Origin: Diplonema japonicum
Lineage: Eukaryota; Protista; Euglenozoa: Diplonemea
Direction: 5' to 3'
DNA length: 64,000 nt
NCBI GenBank assembly: GCA_964019335.1
Contig: OZ025704.1
Span: 124,001 to 188,000, forward strand
Numbering within the stretch: the stretch's first letter is position 1; each line of letters opens with the position of its first letter. The notes under the pieces were generated by a model that did not search any database, was not told the DNA's origin, and saw nothing but the letters and a program-made list of their open reading frames with translations. A program made the translations under genes and the position numbers. Shown in pieces: positions 24,635 to 35,133 of the stretch.

Positions 24635-24667
<33 letters not shown>

Positions 24668-25232
24668 AGGTTTGTTACAAATCCTGGGAGGGGAGGGGAG
24701 GGGAGGGGAGGGAGGCATTTTTCAGGCCTCTTTGCCCAATATTAGCACCTTTCTTTTCTTTTCTTTTCTCTTTAAAGCGTTCACCGTAAGTTGGTTCTGA
24801 GGTTACACAGGGGGTTTTCACGGATCCCTCTCCCCCCCTCCCCCCTCCCCCCTCCTTTGAGCACTTCAAGATGTAGCGATGTTCATTGAGGCAAAAGAGA
24901 GGGGGGAAATAGTGCAATACCACCACCTCATTAGTTCCACCCCCCCTCCTTATTTACCCTTCTCCTTCCACTTTTTATCAGCACATTCCCCTCTTGGGGG
25001 GGAAACAAAAACTCCCCCCCCCCCTTTTTTCTTTTATATTTACGTGCTGTAGTTTTTTTTTTTTTTCCCTTGTTATTATTGCGGTGTTTCGGCAAGGAGG
25101 AAAACACGGGAAGGGGGGGTTCCCCCCTGGCCCCCTTTTTCTCAAAAAAAAAAAAAAAGAAAATGGAATTGTGTTTTTTTTTTTTTTTTCTTGCGATTTT
25201 TCGGTGGATATGTATTAACAAAAGAAGAAAAA

Positions 25233-25560
25233 ATGAAAATTCTACGGACGAGGTCCAACCTTCATGGGTAAGGGAGTTGGTACCCATAGAGACCATAAAA
25301 TAGGCCGGTGTGGGGGAAAAAAAGCTACCCCGTGGTACGCAGAAACCTGACGACGCAAAATGATTATTCCTTCGGTTTTTTGATAAGAAGTTCACAGACG
25401 TCATCCAAGAAGAGACAAACAAGCATAAGGACGCTGAGATTGATAAGATTTCGACCCAGGGCTCCACCGCTTTCTCGGATTGAGCATTATAATGGGTTTG
25501 CGGCGTGCCCAGAATTAGCAAACGTATTGGTCCACAGGACCCATGAAAACCCCCCTTTTC
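25233..25560 (+). pseudogene. piggyBac-type (DDE_Tnp_1_7) transposase N-terminal relic
   Basis: Manual translation gives LFLRFFDKKFTDVIQEETNKH, then after a frameshift LHRFLGLSIIMGLRRAQN*QTYWST...TPLF. This matches the piggyBac F..FF......I...TN and FLGL.I.MG.......YWS......P.F motifs. Contains stops and a frameshift. Confidence 0.75.
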
Positions 25561-25888
25561 AGTAATTGGGGGGCTTGGGGTCTACTGTCCTCTCAAGCGT
25601 AAGAGATATGGCATAAAAATATACTGCCTAAACAAAATGAGCTACCACTGAGCTACGGCATGCTGCGCTTTTACAAACGTCACTCGACATATAAATTAAC
25701 TGGTTCGCAAAATATGAGACGTAACCCAACCTGCCCAAAACACAGTCAGGCATCCGAGGCAAAAGAGGCACAAACACTTTACCAGGTTTCCGAGCCACCA
25801 AGCATCACACCTGAGGCCGGCAAGAAAATTACACTGGCCATGCATACAGGCGTTCTTTTACACGATACTTTGTTGATGAAGGAACCTA

Positions 25889-26013
25889 TGTGGCAGGCCC
25901 CCCAGCCCAAATAAGTACAACCCAAATAAGTGTATTCCAAATAATTCTTTTTTTTTGGAGCCCAAACACCCCCCCTCCACTGCCCAAATAAAGGGATTAT
26001 TCGGGGGGCCCCT
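25889..26013. repeat. ~125-bp terminal segment of a TIR element, reverse complement of ~51347-51472
   Basis: Near-identical inverted copy with repeated CCCAAATAA motifs, ending ...GGGGCCCCTT|TA. Confidence 0.9.
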
Positions 26014-26156
26014 TTAGTTATTTTTTTTTTTTCTTTGCAGTTTTTGGGCCACTGTCGCCCTTCCTGCGTTGTACCGCTGTTTTACCCCCCCAAGAAAAGA
26101 AAGAATGTTCGTTTTTCTTCTATTATAACCACACAGATGGCTGATTGTCCCAGAGT

Positions 26157-26189
<33 letters not shown>

Positions 26190-26421
26190 CTCGTTCGGTT
26201 TTATTTTGTTCTGTGTCGCCTCTGTACTTGAACCACAAGGAACAAAGGTCATCTAAGAAGGGCGTGCTGGGTGGAAAAAAAAAAAAAAAAACACAAATAC
26301 TCGCACGTTGTTAATTCCCCCCCCACCCCACCCCTCCCTTGCGCTCAGCCCTGGCTTCTTATGAATTCTCATTAAACTGCTATAACATAGAAGTTGTGAG
26401 TAAAAAAAAAGTTTTTTTTTT

Positions 26422-26473
<52 letters not shown>

Positions 26474-26614
26474 TTTTGTTCTTCTTCTTCTTCTCTATTT
26501 TTTTTATAATATTCTCGTACCCCTATTTTTTTTTTTTTTTTTTTTTTTCCAAAGGGGAAGACTTGGAAAAAGAAACAAAACAAAACAAAAAAAAAAAAAA
26601 CAAAAACAAAAAAA

Positions 26615-28424
26615 ATGGACGGCTGGTTCAGCAAAGCAATGGAAAGTGTGAAGAAAGGAGCAGATCAACTGTCAGACCAAGCAAAGCAGCTGTCAGAACA
26701 AGTCAAGGTGCAGGCAAAGGACTTGGGCGTGATGGAACTCATAAAACTGGATGAAAAAACAGAAGAAAAAACGGAAGAAATCGGAGTCCCATGGGAAGGC
26801 CCCCCACCCGCACAATGGGAAGAAAGGATGGGGCAGTGGAGGGTTCTGGTAAAATCACTGTTGAGCGATCCCAATACATTTCTAGTAGGGCCGATGGGGA
26901 GAGAGGAGGGTGTGGAAGGCATCGATTGGACAACCGAAGATGCTCCCCCACAATTCCAAATATCCTGCGCCAAAGATGAAGACTTTTCCCAAACAAGATT
27001 CACCCTCGTCCCGAAGTGGGTCTCTGACAAAACATTCTGGGCCAACTACTACTGGAAGATACGAGAACTCGGGAAGGCCGAACCGACAAATCTTGAAAAA
27101 CTCCTAAGGACCCTCAACACCGACCCAACATCACCTCCTTTGGCAGTGGGGGAAAGATTGAAACACAGGGGGGTTACTCATGTATGCACGAAAAAAAAAA
27201 TAGCTATTTATTAAGTGAAAATAAGATAGCATTATTTCACGCGTGGTGGCAGGGGGTTTAACGAGTAGGGATCTTAGTTCACTTGCTGCGCTCGTGAAGT
27301 AAAAAGCTACGAGTTAAACCTGCCACCACAAGTGGAATAATGCTCTTATTTTCACTAATACGTTGTTTTATTTAACAAGAATCGGGTTTGAAAGGGTGGG
27401 AGGTTACAGGGTTGGGATTTGGGTTACAGTGTGTGGGAGATGCAACGTCGCTAAATTTCAGTTTGTGCGACTCTTTTGTCCTCATCCCGCTTGCAAACAT
27501 GCAAGCTGCATATGCCTGACACATGTTGTAGGGGTCGCTGAATTTCACTGCCAGATACTCTTTCATTTGTTCCTGACACCGAAGCTTTTTTTTTTCGCCT
27601 CATGGCCTTCTTCAAAAGAAGTGCAACCCCGGGAAAGCTCTGCATTTTTTTACCGAAGTTTCGTTGGGTGATGGCGTTGATCTTGCTGTAACTTGCCCTA
27701 AACCTAGGTGGAATAGGTGAACTTAGGCCCAGGAGTGAAATAATGTTACATTATTTCACGCTCGAACATTATTTCACTCCTGGGCCTAAATTCAAGGTAA
27801 CTGGGAGTGAAAATAAAGCTGGGAGTGACATAAAGTAAAATCTTATTTTCACTCCCACCCTTGAAAACCCGGCTCGAGTTATATAAAAACAAGAAAAAAA
27901 AAAAAAAAAAAGAAAAAAAAAAACAGGAAACTGATGTCATTCAAAGTATACTCGACCTCGTAAAGGAGCAGGAGAACACAGACAAACGGCTGTCAGAAAT
28001 GTCGAGGTCGATGGAGGAGAAAATCAAAACCAGTGAAGAGAACATAGCACTCTTGAAGAGGATCCGGGGCAGGGCCACGCCAAACTCCTCGAACGCAGCA
28101 TTGCGGGATAGTGTTTACGAAAGCTGTAAGTATCACCTTCAGAAGGCCGAGGCCCTCCTTCAGCAGGGCATGTCGGAGACAGCTAACAACCAGCGAGGGT
28201 TGCCTCTTGACCGTCTAGCCCGGGCTGTCAAGGATCTTCACAATATCGAAGCAGAAGGATCAGCCACACTCGAGCAGGAGGACAGTTCACCAACATCAAC
28301 AGCACCTAAGGGTGAAGATGATAAACCAGCTGAACAGCCTGATGCCAACGACGCGAAAAAAAATGAGAAAGAAAAGATTTCTGAAGATTACTTCGGTGGT
28401 GCGCTCCCGTGGGAAGAGGAGTGA
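26615..28424 (+). CDS. BSD-domain protein (~354 aa); exons 26615-27181 and 27927-28424; 745-nt intron contains a transposon
   Basis: RFTLVPKWVSDKTFWANYYWKI BSD motif; GTATGC donor at 27182 and A-tract+CAG acceptor at 27926 give a phase-0 join. Confidence 0.88.
27199..27882 (-). mobile_element. 684-bp non-autonomous tyrosine-recombinase (Crypton-like) element, copy 1, inside the BSD intron
   Basis: Near-identical to 42936-43619. Minus strand ~27699-27444 encodes ASYSKINAITQRNFGKKMQSFPGVALLLKKAMRRKKKASV, a frameshift, then QEQMKEYL...AACMFASGMRTKESHKLKFSDV (YR box I G.R..E...L...D). Hairpins at both ends, no TIR. Confidence 0.88.
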
Positions 28425-29255
28425 GGGGGTGGGGGGAAAAAAAAGAAAAAAAACTAAAACGAATTAGCTGACCATATAAAAGTGTCGAGAGGAAAGAAAA
28501 AAAATAGAAAAGACAAGAAGCAATCCCCCCACCCCCCATTTTCTTTTTCCTAGCATTATTCTTCTCTTGAGTTCTTATCCCCCCTCCTTTTTTTTGTGTT
28601 GCAGGAACAAGTCTGGAATGTTGACTACGTTTACGGGTTATAAACTTTCTCTAGGTTCCACCCGGCACGTAAAATTTACCCTGCTCCCCCCCCCCCCCTG
28701 CTTTTTTCGTCCTAGCATCCAATTTTCTTTTTCTTGTCTCTTTATACTTTTTTTTATGTGCAATGGAACAATGGAGGGAGGGGAAAAGACGATGGGAAAA
28801 AGAAGAAGAAAAAAAAAAAGAATGTGCTACCCGGAGTGGGGGGAAAAAGTGAAGGAAATGTAGAAATATTATTAAAAAAAAGATCTTGCTTTTCGTACTA
28901 TCCCCCCCCCCCCCCCCCCCCCCCCTTCCCGCTCCCGCTCCCTCTTGTGGACTAAGTGATTGCTTCTCTTTTTTTTTCCCCCCCGAATTTCTTTCAAAGC
29001 TGCGTGCCTGCGGTACATCCTCAATTGGGTGCAGATGTACTCAACAAAGAGCAACAACAAACGCCCTTTCCAGCAAAAAAAAAAAAAAAAAAAAAAAAAG
29101 ACTGGAGCACACCCCCAGAGACCTGTCCTTCTTAAATACTCCGATTTCATGTATTTAGGAGCTGTTTGCCCCATTACGGTAGATCTCTCGTCAAAACGTC
29201 CATTTTTTTTTTTTGATATTCACTTGTAGGAAAAAAAAAAAAAAAAAAAAAAGAG

Positions 29256-32200
29256 ATGGACGGCGAACCCCATGACGTCCCTACCCTGCTGGAGAGGATA
29301 AAATACCTCGAGGAACTGGAGAGAGGGTATAAACTGGAGATAGACAGCCTCAAAGCCCAGCTGCGTGACGTCGCCATGTCACCAAGAAGCCAGCTGGGAA
29401 GCAGGAAATCATCTCTAGTCTCTCAGGGAAGCCCAAAGGGCATTACAAGACGCGTCTCGGTAGCTTGGGAAGACAGGTCACCGAAGGCAGACAGCTTACA
29501 CCTGTCGGTCCCACGAGCAAACTCCACATCATCATTCAGCGGTATAGAAGTATCGCCTCGTTACATGCAATCCTGCGAACTACTTCAATCATGTGAAGAT
29601 GAAATTCAAAAACTGCAGAGAGAAATCGAGTCGCATGTGGAACGCAAAGAAGAGCTTGGTGATGAAGTTGACAAAACACAGAAGATGCTAGACAGCTGGC
29701 GGCGTCAGCTCGAAAACTGTCAAAAAGCCGTGACCGTGGAAAAAAAACAAAGGGAGAGGATGCAGCGCTCACTCGCGCTTCAAAGAGAAACCCTTGCCAA
29801 CGAAGAAGCCCAGTTCCAATCGGAAAAGGACGCCATGGAAAAAAAACGCAAAATCTGGCAGGAAAAGCTCAAGGTCATGGAAAGCGAATACAAAAGCTGC
29901 AAAGCATCAGGCATGAAGGACGTCGACAGCATTACCAAAGAACTCAGAGCGTTAAAACTAGCACGGCACAACTCAGAAGCGCTTCTTGTCGCAGACAATG
30001 AACTCGTAAACGGAAAAGCAGACAAAAGCGAGATCGAGACCGCCAAGTTAGAAGCAGAGCTCGACAACCTAAAAAAAGATCTCGCTGCTGTTCAAGAACA
30101 AGCTGGTGTCAATGAGGCGGTTATCGAGACCTACCGAAGCATGACGGCAAACGCGTCCAAACACTACACACGTGACCTCACCAACGCAAAACAAAGTTGC
30201 GCGTCAGCAGAGAAGGAACGGAAAGAGATACTCAGCGACTACGAGGGCCTCGTTGTCGAAAACAAAGCTCTCGCACACGAGCTAAGAACTCTGCGGAGTA
30301 GAAAGAACATCGACGTCCTCCTCCTAAAAGAGTTTCGAACAAACCTCAAGAGCAAGGACAACCAGATACAGGCATTATTAAATCAGATCCCTTTCCACGA
30401 CTTCAAAAAAAAAGACAAACTCGCGGTTCAGCAAACCGAGATAAAACGTCTCGAAAAAGAAGTCGAAGAGCAGCGAACCCTCTCCGAACGGTACAAAAAG
30501 GAAAGCGAAGAACACAAACAACAAAGCATAGAGTACGAACAGCAAAATGCGGAAAAACAAAAGGAGCTGACAGAACAACTCCTGGTAGTCGAGGGTCTGA
30601 AATCGGATCTAGAAAAGCAAAGGGCGGAAACCGAACAGGAGGTATCTCGTCTGCAGGGAAAACTGAATGCGATGAGCGCCGAGATGGACTCGCTGACCAA
30701 AGTGAAGAAGGAAGAAGATGAGACGCATGAGAACATCAAATCGGAACTTTTGCACCAGAACAACTACCTCAACACACGTATGGCAGTCACAGAGCTCAAC
30801 GCGCATGAACGTGCGGCACTTGTCGAAGAAGTTGCGCGGCTCAACAAGATCCTCAGCGAAATGAAAACCGAGAAGGAAGGCATCATCAAGGAAGGCGCCG
30901 ATCTTCGCATCGTTGTTAAGCAGCTCAAAGCTGTCCTCGCTGAGAACGGCGAACGGTACGACACATGTGAAGCAGACCTGGCAAAAATGACCAAGAACAC
31001 CGCCGCAAAAAAAAAAGAACTAGACATTCTAAAAGCCGAGATCGTCAAGCTCCAGCGTGACAACAAGGAAATGGAGGACAAACTGTACTGGAAGACAGAG
31101 GACGGCGAAAAACTCCAACAGATGATCGGGCTGCACCAACGGGAGGCGGAGAAAATGACCACCGAATGCACAGAACGGGTGAAGAAAGAAGCTGCAAAGG
31201 CGAAAGAATTAGAAGACAAACTGAACAAGGCCCAGGAGGACATCGTGAAGATGGAAGAACAAATAAAACAGCTGGAGAAGAACGTAGAAGGGACAGAGGA
31301 AAAGCTAGGAGAAGAACGCGAAAGTGGCTCAGTTCTACGTGCTGAACGTGACAGGCTTGACGAAGAACTACGGGAAACGCTGAAGGTGAAGGACAAGAAG
31401 ACAGAGACATTAGACACCACGAACAAAATGCTAGAAGAAAAGCAAGCCAAGGTGTCGGAAGCCGTGAAGGAGCGCAACAAGCTTCGGGAGACGACTAGCA
31501 AGCTCCAACAAGAAATCAATGTGAAGGAGGAGAGCCTCAAGGCCTTGGAAATAGCTCATGCAGAGCTGAAGCAAACCCTCGAGGAACGAAACAAATTAAC
31601 ACAGCATGACAAGCAGGTAACAGCAGAGCAGGTGCAGGACCTGCAAAACGCCGAAAAGGAACGAGAGGTGACGATCGCCGTGCTGCGAGGAGACAAAGAG
31701 GCTGCAGAGAAGAAACTACAAACTGCAAAAGAAGAGATAGCAGATCTGGAGGGAAAGATTGAGAGCCAAAGGGAAAGCTCAAGGGGCAACATCAAAACAG
31801 TTGAAGAACGCCTTGAAGAGGCACGAAACGAGGCTGTGGACCTACGAAACATAGTGAGCGCCAAAGACACCAAAATAGCAGCTCTCCGGAAAGAGCATTT
31901 AAACGCGGAAGAGAAACTGGACGAAGTCAGGGAAGAAGCCGAGAGGCTGAAGATACAAGTACAGAGCGAGAGAAGACGGAGCAAGGAGTACACCAGTGTG
32001 TCAAGGGACATCATGGAGCTAGCGGAGGAGAAGGACAGGCTGAAGAATGAAGTCACCAATCTCCAGAAGGTAGAGCTCTCCACATTAAAAAAAAAACAAA
32101 GAAAAAAAAAACCCCCCCCATCAGCTGCATGTAAGGACCTTAAGCGAAGAGACTCAAGCTTTCAAGAACGAAGTAGAAGAGGTTAAGAGGCAGATGAGCA

Positions 32201-32508
32201 GGTCTGCCTCACCCGCTGCATCTCCTGGGAGGTACGCGACTCCAAGCAGCACACGAAGCACAATGAGCAGAAGGCAGGAGTGGGACATGAAACACCTTGA
32301 GTTTGAGGACAACGTAACACTCCTCAAGGTTCAGCTGGAGGGCCTCTCTGACGCGATGCGAAGGTCTACTGTGGCCGCCCACCAGCTCTCTGACAAGTGG
32401 AACACTGACGAACCAACCATTTCCCCTGTTCTGAGACCGCTTGACATAGTGTCCAGCACTGCTGCTGGGTCACCGAAGCCTTCCAGTATCAGTCCTAGAA
32501 GGGTATGA
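29256..32508 (+). CDS. Long coiled-coil protein (~1065 aa); intron 32070-32124
   Basis: Heptad-like E/K/L/Q-rich ORF; GTAGAG..TCAG intron joins to the 32194-32508 frame in phase 0. Confidence 0.85.
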
Positions 32509-33904
32509 ATTAGGGGGGAGTTTTTTTTTTTTTTTTTCCTTCATTTCCACAGAGCATTTCACCACCTCATCGATATGTGCTTTACCAGAAACCGTAGGAA
32601 TTGAAAGGGTGGGGGGGGGGGGGGGGGGTGGAGATGTTTACAGACGTTGTTGTTTCTTAAAATCTTTTGTTTTTTTTTATGGGGGGGAATGGGGAAATGT
32701 GGGTGGAACCGTTTCGTACGAGAGGAGCTTCTAATTTCTTCTTCCCCCCCCCCCCCCCCCCCTCCTGCCTTTTTTTGGTTTTTACAAGAATAAGTCTTCG
32801 ACTAGTCCAAACAACAAGGGAACGTGGGCACCGCGTTTTCGGGTTTTAAGAATTTTTCGGCACATAATACAGACAACTGCCCCAGTTCCTCTTTTTTGTT
32901 TTTTGTTTTTGTTTTATTGAACACCGGGTGTAAAAGTTTTAATTCTGCACCCCCACAAAAATCCCCTTCTCATCCTCTACTTTTCTTTTTCTCTTTTTTC
33001 TTCTTTTTTTTTTCTCTGTATTCTTTATTGAGGGAACGAGAAGGAGAGGATTCTTGTTTTTTTTTTTTTTTTCTTTCTTTTTTTTTTCTTTTTCATGCGT
33101 CTTACCGAAACATGAGGTGCGGGTTCACCTTTTCGGGAGGCGTTTACGTTAAAACCCGCAAACCCGAAAAAAAAGGGGGGAGGGGGGGGGGCATTTCCGA
33201 AGTATCGATAAAATTGTTTTTTTCCAAAGGAAGTTGACATGTCTCCCCCCCCCCCCCCCCCGTTTTCTTTTATATGGTTTTTTGTATTTTTTTTGAACAC
33301 TCATGACGCACACAAATCTGTTACCCCCCATTCTAAATCTCATTTTTTACCCACCATATTACTGCAAGAATGTGTTGAAAAATTAAATTCTTTGTTGTTG
33401 TTACAAATATTTATTAACTTGTATTTATCTTCCTTCAGCCGAGACGACATCTCCCCGACCACCCCCCTTCCTTATTGTAAACAAGCTCAGATGACCTTTT
33501 TGGGGGCGCTATGGGCGCAATGCCGAAAAAGACTATAATTTTTGGCCCGTTTTCCCAGTAAAAACGATCACTCTACCATAAATGTAATTGCCGTGTTTCG
33601 ACAAACGGTTTTTAAGACTTTTGACTTTTTAGGAAGAACAAAAAAAAAAAAAAAAAAAAGAACGCGGAGTTATGGTGGGGTAAATTTATTCCCCCCCCCC
33701 TTTCTTCTTTTTGTTTGCCTCAGAAACGCTAAGAAACAAAAAAAAATGAGAAAAGAAAGCCCCCCCCCCCCCCCCCCCCAGGGATGAATAAACCTTTTTT
33801 TATTCCTTTTTTTTTTGTTCAAACAAGATTGTATCCCCCATTTCTTAAAAGTATATGGGTAGTACTCAGGGAAATTTAAAAAAAAAAAAAAAGGAAAAAA
33901 AAAA

Positions 33905-34885
33905 ATGCCCACCCGAAAGAGAACGATCCTGATGGACGAGGACAGAAAACAGGATGAAACAACATTTCCGGTCGTGAAGAAAAAGCGGATGACATCTACA
34001 ACAGAACCTAAACCGGAGGTCTTTTTCAAGCCACGATACCCAGACGGCTGGCTGATGGCGGAGTACAAAGGCGCGATAGAAAAGTCCGCCATCACAAAGG
34101 AACTTTTATCCGACTGTAAGAAAGCGTTTTTAAAAAAGAGCTTCTGGATGCCCGCAGGGGGGAAACCACGCTGCGCGTTTGAGCAATACGCATTGCAGAT
34201 ATACAATGAACACATTGCAAAACTCGACACCCCAGTTCCTGTTAAGAATTCCGGGGCAGAGTGGTGGATACAGATAAGAGGCCGAGGGACCTCACAAAAC
34301 ACCGAGGAATCGCTTGGCTTCCACTGGGATCGTGATGAGGAGTGTGCTGTGAAACAAGGCAGGGTGATATGCCCTACCTTCCTAACGGTAACATATTTGT
34401 GTGATGTCGGTGCTCCCACAGTAGCAATCGGTGCTCCACCTCTGCCTTGCAAGGGTTCTGTGAAAGTTCCTAACATGTTTGTGAGCCATCCTGCACAGGG
34501 GAAGCATGTTGTTTTTCGTGGTGACATGCTTCACGGATGTCCGCCTGAGATGATGAAGCAGAGCAAGTGTGCGTATACCCGAGTCACGCTGCTCGTGAAT
34601 ATTTGGGTAGGGCACCACCCTTCTGAGATAGAGCCGGCGCCCTTGTCGCTTATTTCCGGTTTTGTTACTCCTTTCAAGGAGCTTTTCACGAAGGTGTCTC
34701 CTACCGCTGTCCCGCCTCAAATTATCCAGCCGGGTTCGTCTTCGCCGGTGACAGGGTTTGCCTTTGGCCGTAAGGGTAAAGAAGAACATGAGCTCTGGGT
34801 TCCCATACCCCCGAAAAAATCCGCGTCGCTCGGGACTTTCGAGATCACATGTCCCAAGGGGTGTCGTGTAGTTAGGAAGACGTAG
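33905..34885 (+). CDS. Putative 2OG-Fe(II) oxygenase-fold protein, 326 aa
   Basis: GAEWWIQ, FHWDRDE (HxD), TVTYL..GAPT, F.GDMLHG (distal His), RVTLLVNIW (2OG-binding Arg). Confidence 0.75.
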   Translation: MPTRKRTILMDEDRKQDETTFPVVKKKRMTSTTEPKPEVFFKPRYPDGWLMAEYKGAIEKSAITKELLSDCKKAFLKKSFWMPAGGKPRCAFEQYALQIYNEHIAKLDTPVPVKNSGAEWWIQIRGRGTSQNTEESLGFHWDRDEECAVKQGRVICPTFLTVTYLCDVGAPTVAIGAPPLPCKGSVKVPNMFVSHPAQGKHVVFRGDMLHGCPPEMMKQSKCAYTRVTLLVNIWVGHHPSEIEPAPLSLISGFVTPFKELFTKVSPTAVPPQIIQPGSSSPVTGFAFGRKGKEEHELWVPIPPKKSASLGTFEITCPKGCRVVRKT

Positions 34886-35133
34886 AGAAAGAGGGGGAAA
34901 AAAAACTAGTTTGGCGCTCCATTTGTTTGTGCGCACGAGCGGAAAACCGAAAAAAAAGAAGAGAGAGAAAGAGAGAGAGAGAGAGAGGGGTTTTCGGACA
35001 ACGAACCCCTCTTTTTTTTTTTTACCCCCCCTTTTTTTGTTCCCATCGGAAAGGCATAGGAAAAAAAGAAAAAAGAATTCCCGACCACAGTCCCCCCTCC
35101 CCCTTATAAAAGAAAAAAAAAGGAACAAAAAAA

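Noticed and set aside
27383-27436. Interstitial telomere repeat
   Set aside because: No exact tandem TTAGGG units; only G-runs.
27363-27671. + strand 102-aa ORF duplicated at 43100-43408 as a gene
   Set aside because: Antisense of the recombinase fragment inside the mobile element; non-ATG start.
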